Source: a virus (lineage: Duplodnaviria > Caudoviricetes). Taken from it: a stretch of 28,467 nucleotides of DNA. Under the pieces are notes generated by a model, which saw only the letters and a list, made by a program, of their open reading frames with translations, ran no database searches and was not told the DNA's origin. A program made the position numbers and the translations under genes. Below, one piece after another: positions 16,044 through 25,018 of the stretch (position 1 is the first letter of the stretch; every line of letters starts with the position of its first letter). Where the stretch lies: positions 1 through 28,467 of IMG/VR virus record IMGVR_UViG_3300033067_000650. One strand, given 5' to 3'.

Positions 16044-16442
16044 TCAGGATGTGCCGGCTGAAGGCTTCAGCAGGACAGTGCAGGTGAGCAGCACACGAGG
16101 CGTGTCGCTCAGTTCGTCGGGGAGGAATGATGCGGTGTCCTCCTCGACGTCGCAGACCCCGGCAGCGGTGTCGGGGAGCATCCGCACGATCTCGCGGATC
16201 GTGTTCGCCAACGTCCACGCGGGAACCTGGGACGAGTTCGGCTCGCCGGACCAGCACTCGATGTCGATCGCGGCAGAATCCAGCACCCCGTCATTCGACC
16301 CGCCGACGCGTTGCACGACCACGAACTCGTCAGGTCGGTCGGTCGGTACGGCGGGGACGACAGTCCCGGCCCACTCGGCAGAGATGCCGTCGATCACGAC
16401 CTGAGTCGCGTCAAGCCAGACGCGCGAGGTTCGGAAGCTCAT
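16044..16442 (-). CDS. tail terminator
   Basis: PDEFVVVQRVGG...LDSAAIDIECW motif and synteny. Confidence 0.82.
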   Translation of the reverse strand: MSFRTSRVWLDATQVVIDGISAEWAGTVVPAVPTDRPDEFVVVQRVGGSNDGVLDSAAIDIECWSGEPNSSQVPAWTLANTIREIVRMLPDTAAGVCDVEEDTASFLPDELSDTPRVLLTCTVLLKPSAGTS

Positions 16443-16960
16443 GCGTTACCCCCTGCTGCGGCCATGAATGCGGCGCGGCGCTTTTCGTTGGCCTTGGCGA
16501 TCCTGGCGGCGCGTCTCGCCGGCGCGTTCGCTTTGCGCTTCGCGGCGGCCTTCGCTCGGCGTTCTTCTTTCGCCGCAGCACGAACCGCAGGAGCGGGGTC
16601 GGGGACTGCTCGGCGGAGTGCTTCGCGTCCGGCTTTACGTCCGGCGGCGAACGGGTGCTGCACGATGACGACCCCGCGGAACCGCTTGGGTCGGCGCGGC
16701 TTGCCTTTGTTCTTCCCGGACTTGGCTGGCTTACCGTCGGTGGTGTCGAACTCGACGCGCATCGCAGCAGTCGGAGTAGTGGACGAGTCCCAGGTGCCGC
16801 CGGGTTGCGCGACATTCCACGACGGGAACTTGGTGCTGCCAGTTGCGCCGGCAGCGGCGGAGCGTGCGAGCGATTCGGTGGTCGCGCGGATGACGGCCTT
16901 CGTCCCCGGCAGGAGCAGCAGCTCAGCAATCCCGCCGTAGTCCGGCTCGAAGTCCTTCAC
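16439..16960 (-). CDS. neck/tail-completion protein with a basic C-terminal extension
   Basis: GTG 16960 overlaps the stopper stop. DYGGIAELL N-terminus and syntenic position. Confidence 0.65.
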   Translation of the reverse strand: MKDFEPDYGGIAELLLLPGTKAVIRATTESLARSAAAGATGSTKFPSWNVAQPGGTWDSSTTPTAAMRVEFDTTDGKPAKSGKNKGKPRRPKRFRGVVIVQHPFAAGRKAGREALRRAVPDPAPAVRAAAKEERRAKAAAKRKANAPARRAARIAKANEKRRAAFMAAAGGNA

Positions 16961-17286
16961 CCTGTCACGACCCGGAGCGTCGCCTCGTAGTGATGCACAG
17001 CCGAACCCGCATAGACCGGCCACGGAGGCCCTTCGACCTCGTAGGTAGTGCCACCATCCACGATGCGGTTAGAGGCGCTCACGGTGGCGCTATTCGTCAT
17101 TAGCAGCCATTGGGAGACCGAGGCATCCCGGCCGCGTGACTGGTCCTCGGTCCGGGACTGCTGATCCACCCTGCCGGTGATCGTTGAGGATGACCAGACG
17201 CTCGGCACGGTCGCGCCGTACGCGTCGGTCGTGGTCGTCTGCGTCTGTAGCGTCAGTGTGCGTAGGAGGCCGGCTGGGATTCCCAT
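16957..17286 (-). CDS. head-to-tail stopper (head closure)
   Basis: TDAYG...NRIVDGGTTYEVEGPP...HHYEATLRVVTG. Confidence 0.85.
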   Translation of the reverse strand: MGIPAGLLRTLTLQTQTTTTDAYGATVPSVWSSSTITGRVDQQSRTEDQSRGRDASVSQWLLMTNSATVSASNRIVDGGTTYEVEGPPWPVYAGSAVHHYEATLRVVTG

Positions 17287-17948
17287 CGTCTCGCCTCCTC
17301 AACTAGTTCGCGCATCAGGTCCGGGTCACGTCTGGCATCGCGGTAGCGCTTGTCGAGCCAGCGGTTGTTATCCGATGGCCGCCGGCAGTTCGGTGCCTCC
17401 GGGTGCCACAGGTGGATCAGCGGACAGATCCGACGCGGGTTGATCTCATTACCCGTCAGGCAGCGAAGCGCGAGGCCGATGCAGTGGTCCTCGCCACCCC
17501 ATCCGCGGAACCTCGGATCGAACCCGCCGACCATGTCCCACGCCTCGCGGGTGACGACCAGAATCCCGCCGCCGGGTAGAGCCGGGTAGGCCGAGCGTTC
17601 CAGCCGTTGCCGGCCAGGCATCCCACGGATCAGCCGGTCAGATGACTCCCGGTCGAGACGTTTCACAACCGAGTGAGGCATGGCCCAGCCACGGATGCCG
17701 GCCTGACCGATGGCACGGTCGAGATGTTCCGGTGCGACGAACGAATCGGCGTCGGCGAGGACCAGGACATCCCCGGTCGTCTGATTCGCCACGGGATTGA
17801 CCGCGGCGCCTTTCGACCACTCCGGAGCTGGGCATTGCGCGAGATGCACCCGGTAGCCCTGCGATTCGTACAGACCTGCGACGTATTGCCGTGCGCGTAT
17901 CCGGATCGGGTCGTCATCGTGTCCGTGGCCGATGACGACGTCGATCAT
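17253..17948 (-). CDS. glycosyltransferase (GT-A, GT2/GT7-C-like)
   Basis: WSKGAAVN, LADADS (DxD), GGFDPRFRGWGGED, HLWH. Confidence 0.9.
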   Translation of the reverse strand: MIDVVIGHGHDDDPIRIRARQYVAGLYESQGYRVHLAQCPAPEWSKGAAVNPVANQTTGDVLVLADADSFVAPEHLDRAIGQAGIRGWAMPHSVVKRLDRESSDRLIRGMPGRQRLERSAYPALPGGGILVVTREAWDMVGGFDPRFRGWGGEDHCIGLALRCLTGNEINPRRICPLIHLWHPEAPNCRRPSDNNRWLDKRYRDARRDPDLMRELVEEARRWESQPASYAH

Positions 17949-18697
17949 GGCGCCGGGTCGAAGATCAGGTCAGGGTTCGACTCCGGCTCACCGGACCAGA
18001 ACCACGTGCGGAACACCTCGTGTAGTGCTTCGTCCCCGCCAGCCTCGTGCAGGTCGGCGTATTGGCGCCAATGCGCGCCAGCCGACTCGGGGAGATCCGT
18101 GCGCCGTAGCGCCTCGGCGCCTTGCACGGCCTTCCGGACGAACTGTTCCGGTGACCTGTAAGGGAAGTGACGTGTCACCAACACTCGCCTCGCAGTGCGG
18201 CCTGTGAACCTTCCGTAGTCGGCGGCGTGATTCCCCATCTGAATCGTGAGGTTCTCATTCACCCGACAAGCGATCTTCGGCAACCGGACAGGTCGCCGGT
18301 TGCGCCACCCCATCGTTGTAATCGGGTTGTCCCCGTCCGGGTCGAGCGCGGTCGGAAGATGGTTGTAGAGCTCGGACTCGACGATGGAGTAGCGGTCGAT
18401 CTCGTTGAGGCAGTCCGCGATCGTGTCGTGGTGCGGCGAATAGATCCACTCGTCCGCGTCGAAGGGGACGACCCACTCGGCACCCATCGACCTCGCGACG
18501 CCGGCGAGATGGGTCATCTTCTCCGACTGCCGGTACGCGGGGTCGGTGTCGGCCAGGAGCGTGATCTGCGACCCGAACGATTCGAGGACGTCGTAGGTGC
18601 CGTCCACGGAGAGATTGTCGGCGACGATGACGTGGTCGACCTGGTCAATCATGTGCGCCACGACCGGACCGACGATGTCGACCTCGTCGCGGACCAT
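17945..18697 (-). CDS. glycosyltransferase family 2-like (true start may be about 18718)
   Basis: MVRDE, VADNLSVDGT, PFDADE (DxD), HFPYRS. Confidence 0.9.
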   Translation of the reverse strand: MVRDEVDIVGPVVAHMIDQVDHVIVADNLSVDGTYDVLESFGSQITLLADTDPAYRQSEKMTHLAGVARSMGAEWVVPFDADEWIYSPHHDTIADCLNEIDRYSIVESELYNHLPTALDPDGDNPITTMGWRNRRPVRLPKIACRVNENLTIQMGNHAADYGRFTGRTARRVLVTRHFPYRSPEQFVRKAVQGAEALRRTDLPESAGAHWRQYADLHEAGGDEALHEVFRTWFWSGEPESNPDLIFDPAP

Positions 18698-18713
18698 CGC
18701 AATCCCGACGACG

Positions 18714-19385
18714 CTAATAGCCGACCCCGACCCGTGACGTGCCGATGTGTTCGACCCATTCCCCCGAATCTCGCGATCCCCAGAAGGCGGCGCGCGCGTT
18801 CGGCTCGGAGCGGTACAGGTTCACGCCGAACCGTCCTTCCGAGTTGCGGCCCTTCGGCCAGCCATGGGAGGCGATGAAGGAATGCCGGACCAGGTGAGGA
18901 TTCGTAGTGAAGAAGGCGCGATGTTCCAGCCACTGCGCCTCGGCGTCAGCAGCGTCGGCGTACCAGTCCGGGTGGGACTCGACGATCCCGCCGGCGGCGC
19001 GCTCTTCGGCGTTCCACGGTTGACGTCTCAGCGCCATCTGCACGAGGTACGGGTGGCGCCGCATCACCCCGGCCATGTCGGCAAGGTTGACCGGACGCGT
19101 GAACACGAAGTCATCTTCAGTCGAGGCGACGTACGGGTTGCGGTCGTGCTCGCGAATCCACTTCCACATTGATCGGTAGGCGCCTGCGAACCCCGAGCGG
19201 TGATCGGTCGAGTGAATCGTCCAGCGGTCCCCGAACGTGTCCCAGAGCCAGTCGGTGTAGTCGACATCGCCGGAGTCGTCGTGGATGAGCCGCACTGAGA
19301 TCGGTCCGGACAGGTTCGTCATGGACTCGATCGCGCGGCTCAGGCAGTCGCGGCGGCCGTCCGTCATCACGACCAGCGAGATCAT
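18714..19385 (-). CDS. glycosyltransferase (GT-A fold)
   Basis: LVVMTDGR, IHDDSGD, TEDDF, VEHIG. Confidence 0.82.
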   Translation of the reverse strand: MISLVVMTDGRRDCLSRAIESMTNLSGPISVRLIHDDSGDVDYTDWLWDTFGDRWTIHSTDHRSGFAGAYRSMWKWIREHDRNPYVASTEDDFVFTRPVNLADMAGVMRRHPYLVQMALRRQPWNAEERAAGGIVESHPDWYADAADAEAQWLEHRAFFTTNPHLVRHSFIASHGWPKGRNSEGRFGVNLYRSEPNARAAFWGSRDSGEWVEHIGTSRVGVGY

Positions 19386-19942
19386 GCGGCGGCCTTGATC
19401 TGCGCCATCAGCTGCCGCGGATTCTTCACGCTTTGGTTGCGCGAGTGCGGCGTCACCCAGGCCCGGTAGACCGCGTCAGGTACGTGCTCGATCACGGCAC
19501 CCGCACGGGACGCCCTCAGGAAGAGGCAGTAGTCCTCCCACGCCGGCCAGTCCTTGAATCCTCCGAGGTCCATGAACAGATCGCGACGGATCGCGGTTCC
19601 GATCACACACGGGTTCATCGTCTCGATGTTCCGGTCGGCGAGGGTCCGCGGTGCGGTAGCTGAATGGTCGGTCACCCATGAGACAGCGGGTGCGCGCAGA
19701 TCACCGGAGGCGGCGAGGATGGCATCGACGTATCCCGGCGTCAGTTCGTCGTCGGCGTCGAGATGAATGAGCCAGTCGCCGGTCGCCTTCGCAGCTCCCC
19801 GATTCCGGGACTCGTGCAACGTCTGCGCGTGGGTGTGGATCACTTCGGAGCATTGACCCAGAGCGGAGGGAAGTGCCCGCGTCATCGCGAGGTTCTTCCA
19901 CGACGGGTCGCCGTAGGTCGAGATGCAGATGGTCACGTCCAC
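19382..19942 (-). CDS. glycosyltransferase family 2
   Basis: VTICISTYG, SRNRGA, HLDADD, GGFKDWPAWED. Confidence 0.9.
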   Translation of the reverse strand: MDVTICISTYGDPSWKNLAMTRALPSALGQCSEVIHTHAQTLHESRNRGAAKATGDWLIHLDADDELTPGYVDAILAASGDLRAPAVSWVTDHSATAPRTLADRNIETMNPCVIGTAIRRDLFMDLGGFKDWPAWEDYCLFLRASRAGAVIEHVPDAVYRAWVTPHSRNQSVKNPRQLMAQIKAAA

Positions 19943-20595
19943 AGGACGCGCCTCGCTCGGAACCGACCCGCCGATGCTCGCATCCGTTCCTGTTGCGCGC
20001 GGTAGTTGTCATCCCATTCGGCCTTACCCCACATCGGATGCAGATGCTCGATGACGGCCTCGGGGCAGTGAACGTAGACCCCGCGCTGCCGTGCCGTACC
20101 GACACATTCGTCGTCAACGTACTCATGGGCGTAGCCCTCATACAGCGGTCCTGGTTCGCCGTTGATTGTCGGCAGCTGCGCGTACACTCGAGTCATCAGC
20201 GTGTGCGTCGAATGACCCTTGGCTGTGCGAGGATTCCCACCATCGTTGGTCCCGACGACCTGGACCGTGTCGGACAGTTTCGACGTGGCAGCCTCAAACC
20301 ATCCCGGCTTCGGTGCGATGTCGCACGCACCCAGAAGGATCAGCGGGTCGTATGTTGCTCGGACGCCGGCGTTGATCTTGTGCGCGTAGTCCCCGGACCG
20401 TCGAGGCCGGAACGTCATCAGGTCCGCCTTGCGACCCTTCAGATCAGACAGAACCTCGTCGTCCCCATCGGTGCACAGCCAGAGCATGTGTGCGTTCGGG
20501 GTCGACTTCTGTACTGCTTCGATGAGCGGTCCGATGGTGTGCGCTCGGCCCAACATCGGAACGAGGATCAGCAGGTCAGTGTAGGACCAGGTCAC
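19933..20595 (-). CDS. glycosyltransferase family 2-like
   Basis: ILVPMLGR, YAHKINAG, LGACD, HEYVDDE, IEHLHP. Confidence 0.82.
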   Translation of the reverse strand: MTWSYTDLLILVPMLGRAHTIGPLIEAVQKSTPNAHMLWLCTDGDDEVLSDLKGRKADLMTFRPRRSGDYAHKINAGVRATYDPLILLGACDIAPKPGWFEAATSKLSDTVQVVGTNDGGNPRTAKGHSTHTLMTRVYAQLPTINGEPGPLYEGYAHEYVDDECVGTARQRGVYVHCPEAVIEHLHPMWGKAEWDDNYRAQQERMRASAGRFRARRVLWT

Positions 20596-21188
20596 AGGAT
20601 CGAGATCATCGTCGACGTGTGCGGACGGTAACGGTGAGCGATCTTGACCTCATCCGGGGTCATGGACGCGGCGAACGATGCCGTCCCCAAGCCTGTCCGG
20701 TATGAGTAGGCGCCGATCGTTTCCCCGGTCACGCCAGCCGGAGCCGGTGAGGAGATCGCGCGAGCGGCCATCGACGCGACAGCCCAGCGAACATCCTCGG
20801 GGACGTCGGTGAATCCGTGGTCCCAGGTGACCTCAACCGTGTCGGTGCGGTACAGGTTCGGACCGTTCAGCACGTACCGCTGATCGTCGACGGAGATCGT
20901 CGATATCCCGTCAAACAGCCAGCCGACCAGGGACACCCCGACGGTGCCGTCCGGGTTCACAGCCTTGACCGACGTCACCTCGGTGACAGGCCGCTTCGGC
21001 AGGCTCACGGTCGCGCCGGCCACCCGAAGGATCACGGTCGACGTTTCGGCGGTGAAGTCGCACAGCGCCTCGGCGCGGAACTTCGCTGAGGCCTGCGCGA
21101 GCATCGCCGCGGCCTGGGACGCGTTGAGGCCGACCGAGTCGAGCCCGAGCAGGTCAGCGACGTCCTCCACAGATGCGAGGTCGGTCAT
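20592..21188 (-). CDS. head-to-tail adaptor
   Basis: ATG 21188 (ATGA overlap). LASVEDV...LPKRPVTEVTSV...VTWDHGFTDVPEDV...ETIGAYSY. Confidence 0.85.
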   Translation of the reverse strand: MTDLASVEDVADLLGLDSVGLNASQAAAMLAQASAKFRAEALCDFTAETSTVILRVAGATVSLPKRPVTEVTSVKAVNPDGTVGVSLVGWLFDGISTISVDDQRYVLNGPNLYRTDTVEVTWDHGFTDVPEDVRWAVASMAARAISSPAPAGVTGETIGAYSYRTGLGTASFAASMTPDEVKIAHRYRPHTSTMISIL

Positions 21189-21913
21189 GCCAGGCCCGCC
21201 GCTTGCGCGTGAGCCAGCAGTCGAGCATCGGACAGCGCCGACCCGTAGTAGGCGGCGAAGGCGATCTTGCCCTGCCACCCGTATTGTCCGGCCCGGCAAT
21301 CCCCGAGGAGTAGCCCGACCGTGTCAGGTGTGTCGGCCGAGTCACCGTTATTGCTGACGGACGCGACAGATACCCCATTGCGCCACATCGAACATGTGGC
21401 ACCGGCTTTGTCCCACCGCGCGGCCAGGAGGTACGGCGTGGTGTTCGACAAGCCAGTGGAACCGTTCGGGCTGTAGTAGCCGGCGCCGTTGGTGTTGTAC
21501 CAGTAGTTGACGCCGCCGGTAGCGGTCCACAGCCACAGGATTCCCCGACCGGACGAGTTGCGGCCCATCGGGGAATAGGACCCGACGGTCGTCGGATAGA
21601 CCAGGATTTCGCACGTCCATGACGTCGCGTCCAGCCACGACGCGTACGGGATGGTGACCAGCCCCGCTGTGTAGGAGGCTGACCCGTTGCCGCCGATCGC
21701 TGCCGCACCTTGCGTTCCGCCGGAATAGGTGCCGTCACGTCCGTTGCCGGAAGCGTCAAACGCGGTAGCGCCTGACGTTTCCTGCAACGGCCACAACCCA
21801 CGGGGAGCATCAGTGAGCTGCGCGGACTGCAGTGCCGGCAGCAGCGGCGTGTTGATGACCCGCGGCGGATTACACCCGCCCGCACCCACCACCCCGGCGC
21901 GACGGACGCTCAC
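21185..21913 (-). CDS. LamG/concanavalin A-like lectin-domain virion protein
   Basis: LWPLQETSGATAFDASGNGRDGTY, WTCEIL, MWRNGV, AYYGSALSDARLLAH. Confidence 0.82.
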   Translation of the reverse strand: MSVRRAGVVGAGGCNPPRVINTPLLPALQSAQLTDAPRGLWPLQETSGATAFDASGNGRDGTYSGGTQGAAAIGGNGSASYTAGLVTIPYASWLDATSWTCEILVYPTTVGSYSPMGRNSSGRGILWLWTATGGVNYWYNTNGAGYYSPNGSTGLSNTTPYLLAARWDKAGATCSMWRNGVSVASVSNNGDSADTPDTVGLLLGDCRAGQYGWQGKIAFAAYYGSALSDARLLAHAQAAGLA

Positions 21914-22230
21914 GCCTCATTCCCCCACAAGCCGAAGGAGAACGATGCAGACGACGCGTACACGGTCACCACGTCCGTCGCGGCCAACGTCAGTCCGATT
22001 GTGTGCTCGTCGGTCCCATTCGCGGCGAGGCCAACGTCGTAGACGATGTAATGCTTCGCTGCGAGGCTTTCCCCCGCCGGTCGGATAGCGATCCGGTAGG
22101 ACCCTGCCGCACCAGCCTGGTTGCACACGGCCAGCGTCGACGTAACCGTGGATTTCCCACCGGGCACGGTGTAGAGGGTTGTTGCCGTTGTCGCGCCAGG
22201 GTTGACCTGGCCCAGGGTCTTGTACGTCAC
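21910..22230 (-). CDS. small virion structural (fibre/decoration module) protein
   Basis: YKTLGQVNPGATTATTLYTVP...VCNQ...LTLAATDVVTVYAS...FGLWGNE, a motif set I recall from actinophage structural proteins. Confidence 0.75.
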   Translation of the reverse strand: MTYKTLGQVNPGATTATTLYTVPGGKSTVTSTLAVCNQAGAAGSYRIAIRPAGESLAAKHYIVYDVGLAANGTDEHTIGLTLAATDVVTVYASSASFSFGLWGNEA

Positions 22231-22232
22231 GT

Positions 22233-22583
22233 CTACGCTCCCATCAGCAGGAAGATGTCAGATTGTGTGAGGCCACCGGCGGCGGCCGTGCCCCATGTCG
22301 GTGTAGTGCCGGATGTGGTCAGGACTTGACCATCCGTGCCGGCAGCCAACTTCGACACGGCAAGCGCAGCATCGGCGGCGACCTTGACGTTGGTCACGGA
22401 CCCGTCATCCGGCGTGCCGCCACCGCCTCCGCCGGTATCGGGTCGGATACGTGGTGCGGACGGATAGTTCAGCGCCGCAATAACGCCAGGGTCGGCGCTG
22501 TCGAGAGTGACGACTTGACCACGCTCGTATTCGGTCCCGTTGATCCGACATCCGAACCACACGCGATAACTGGTAGCAGCCAC
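22233..22583 (-). CDS. putative head fibre/decoration protein
   Basis: Directly after the MCP, with GAGGAGG SD. DGSVTNVK and GTDGQVLT fibre motifs; FLLMGA C-terminus. Confidence 0.7.
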   Translation of the reverse strand: MAATSYRVWFGCRINGTEYERGQVVTLDSADPGVIAALNYPSAPRIRPDTGGGGGGTPDDGSVTNVKVAADAALAVSKLAAGTDGQVLTTSGTTPTWGTAAAGGLTQSDIFLLMGA

Positions 22584-22610
22584 GGCGGCCTCCTCTCAGA
22601 TGGGGTGGTG

Positions 22611-22652
22611 CTCCGGCCCGCGGCGAGCCATGACGTTCGCCGCGGACCGGAG
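22611..22652 (-). terminator. hairpin just downstream of the major capsid gene (attenuator/stabiliser)
   Basis: CTCCGGTCCGCGGCGA-acgtcatggc-TCGCCGCGGGCCGGAG, no U tract. Confidence 0.55.
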
Positions 22653-22656
22653 TCGA

Positions 22657-23610
22657 TCAGGTGCCTGGCGTCAGAACCGCGAACGGCGCACGCTCGAGCG
22701 CGGACGACTCGACAGCGGTCACCGGATTGGCGACCGAGAAGCCGAGGCGCATCGTCACCCGGAGAGCGACCGAGTCCTGCTGCATCAGGTTCAGGACCAC
22801 GTTGCCGGCGCCATCGGACACAACGCCCTGGTCGAAGACCTTGAACGAGATGTCCTGACGGATACCGACGATGGCCTTCTGCCAGTCACCGGCGATGAGG
22901 CTCGCACTGGTCGTGTCCCACGCGCCATTGGCGACCTCGTTGAGCGGGAACCCGAACAGGCCGCCACCCTGGCCACCCTGCAGATTGGCCTGGTAGATCG
23001 GGATGCCGTCCGCGGACCGCAGACCGGCCAACTGCCACTGGAATCCCGGCTTGGAGGCGAACCCGTTCACGCCGTAGCCCTGCTCGGCGAGCAGTTGGCC
23101 GATCGCAGCGACATCGGCGGCGAGATCGTCACCGGTGCCGGCCTGCACGGTGTTCCCCACGCCATCGGCGGTCTCGAACACGGAATCCCCGAACGTGGTC
23201 GGAGCGCCGGTACCGAAGAGGCAGGCCTGGTCGATGAGGGTGCCGATGGCCTGCCCGAGGAGCGGCTGCACCTCGGCCCAGATCGGAATGCCAGAGTCGG
23301 CGATGTACGCCTCGGGGACCGGCACGATGGTGGCGATCTCCTCGGCGACGAGGTCGACGTTGTCCCACTCGGCCGCGGTCGTCTGCTTGAGGCCGGTGTC
23401 ACCGGACACCCAGTAGGCGGTCGGCAGCACGGACAGGACAGGCTGACGGCTGGTGCCGGCGGCCATCGTGACCCGACGTGCCAGCGACAAGGTCGCGGAC
23501 GACTTTGTTGCCTCCTGGATCACGGAGGCGATCATCGGCTCCGGGACGAGCGGATCGGTGTTGGTTCCCAGGGTGCCCGTACGGGCGATTGCCGCGTTGT
23601 ACACGGTCAT
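22657..23610 (-). CDS. major capsid protein (HK97 fold)
   Basis: LVPEPM...AYWVSG...EEIATIVPV...LIAGDW...NLMQQDSVALRVTMRLGF. AAAGGAA SD. Confidence 0.93.
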   Translation of the reverse strand: MTVYNAAIARTGTLGTNTDPLVPEPMIASVIQEATKSSATLSLARRVTMAAGTSRQPVLSVLPTAYWVSGDTGLKQTTAAEWDNVDLVAEEIATIVPVPEAYIADSGIPIWAEVQPLLGQAIGTLIDQACLFGTGAPTTFGDSVFETADGVGNTVQAGTGDDLAADVAAIGQLLAEQGYGVNGFASKPGFQWQLAGLRSADGIPIYQANLQGGQGGGLFGFPLNEVANGAWDTTSASLIAGDWQKAIVGIRQDISFKVFDQGVVSDGAGNVVLNLMQQDSVALRVTMRLGFSVANPVTAVESSALERAPFAVLTPGT

Positions 23611-23670
23611 TGTGGTTCCTTTCGGTTAGCCCATGCGGGCGGGTGGATGCCCGCCTATGCGGGGCTTGGA

Positions 23671-24162
23671 TTAGCGGCTCTGTCGAGCAGCTACGGCGTT
23701 GCGAATCCAGTCGTCGGGGGAGGACCCGGACTGATTCGCGGCCGGTACGGCGCCGGACTGCAGCTGCTCCACGGGTCGACCGGGAGGCCGCTGCTGCTCC
23801 GGCATCAGTGCGAGCAACTTGTCCGCCGATGCCTCGATCTCCTCCGGCGTCGTGCCGGTGAGGAACTCGGCGGCCTCGGGTTTGAGGCCTTTGGCGGCGG
23901 CGATGTCCTTGCGGACGAGTTGTGCCTCTGCGGCGGCGGCTCGTGCTTCCGCTGCGGTGGCACGTTCGGCGGCCTTGTCCAGTTCGGACTTGGAGGCCTC
24001 CTCGATGGCGGCCAACTTTTCGGCAGCCTTCGCGTTGGCTTTCGCCTCGGTGCGGTACTTCGCGGACTCGGCGCGCAACTTGGCGACGTAGTCCCGGTCG
24101 AAGGTTTCCGGGGTAGCCTCCTGGGCCGGTTCCGGAGTTTCAGGTGCGTCCTGATCGGACAT
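23671..24162 (-). CDS. capsid scaffolding protein
   Basis: ATG 24162 after AGGAGG. FDRDYVAKLRAESAKYR, KSELDKA, LTGTTPEEIEASADKL. Confidence 0.88.
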   Translation of the reverse strand: MSDQDAPETPEPAQEATPETFDRDYVAKLRAESAKYRTEAKANAKAAEKLAAIEEASKSELDKAAERATAAEARAAAAEAQLVRKDIAAAKGLKPEAAEFLTGTTPEEIEASADKLLALMPEQQRPPGRPVEQLQSGAVPAANQSGSSPDDWIRNAVAARQSR

Positions 24163-24164
24163 GA

Positions 24165-24207
24165 GCCCTCCTGGGGCATGAATGACGACCGGACCGTCAG
24201 GGTCCGG
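24165..24207 (-). promoter_or_regulatory. tandem pentaloop hairpins over the scaffold RBS
   Basis: CCGGACC-CTGAC-GGTCCGG (24207-24189) and GCCC-CAGGA-GGGC (24177-24165). Confidence 0.55.
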
Positions 24208-24232
24208 CAACCGACGGACGTCGGAAGATTGG

Positions 24233-25018
24233 TTAGGCCTGCTCGGCGGCCTTGGCCGCGGCGTATTCCTCGCGGCGAGCAGCGTTCAGTGCCGTGTTGT
24301 CGGCCGCGGCGTAGAGTTCGCGGCGCATCGCGTCGATGTCGCCCCCCGCGCGGGCGTACAGGTCGCGAGATTCGGCGGCCTTGTCATTGCGGTACTCGCC
24401 GGTGTCCATCACTGGCTCCGGGGAGCATCCGCAGAGCAGATGAGGCAGGAAACTGGCGGAGTCGATCGACTGGTAGACGGGCCCGCGCGACTCCAGCATT
24501 AGGCAGAACGCGCAGGCGTTGGAGGAGGCGACCCGCGCGAACGTCGTCGCCTGCGGATCGCTTTCCGTACTGGCGAGGATTGACTCGGCGCTCGCGCCGG
24601 CAACCATCGACTCGGTTTCGGCCAGTGCTGCGGCCTCCGCTCGCTGGTCGCGCAGTTGCTGGACAGCGCGGGAGTAGGCGGCCTCTTTCGACCCGTCCGG
24701 GATGATCGCTTTCGCCAGATTCTCGGCGACCACGATCTCGTCGAGTGGTTCGGCGGCGATCGGCACGAACAGCCCCGTCGCGCCTTCGGCCTGGCGAAAC
24801 TGCATGTAGTAGGACATCGCTGCACGCGACGCCAGTCCGCGACCCTGGTTGATCGTTGCAGTCATCGCGCGAGTCCACGGACCCCACGTGTTCGCGGGAT
24901 TGTGGCGGTCGAACAGCGGCACCAGCGAGCGCGCCTGCTGCACTGCTGCGATCCGGATGCGTTGCTGCTGCACCCGATGCGCTCGGGTCAGAGCATCACC
25001 CTGGCGGGTTATTGCCAT
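24233..25018 (-). CDS. MuF-like / capsid maturation protein
   Basis: Between portal and scaffold. FARVASSNACAFCLMLESRGPVY...HLLCGC. Confidence 0.8.
   Translation of the reverse strand: MAITRQGDALTRAHRVQQQRIRIAAVQQARSLVPLFDRHNPANTWGPWTRAMTATINQGRGLASRAAMSYYMQFRQAEGATGLFVPIAAEPLDEIVVAENLAKAIIPDGSKEAAYSRAVQQLRDQRAEAAALAETESMVAGASAESILASTESDPQATTFARVASSNACAFCLMLESRGPVYQSIDSASFLPHLLCGCSPEPVMDTGEYRNDKAAESRDLYARAGGDIDAMRRELYAAADNTALNAARREEYAAAKAAEQA

Noticed and set aside
23628-23666. Hairpin between scaffold and capsid genes as a terminator
   Set aside because: Imperfect stem with no U tract, directly upstream of the capsid SD. At most an mRNA-stabilising structure.
22600-24705. 701-aa plus-strand ORF
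   Set aside because: Antisense shadow of the capsid, scaffold and MuF genes. High GC suppresses stops and there are no recognisable motifs.
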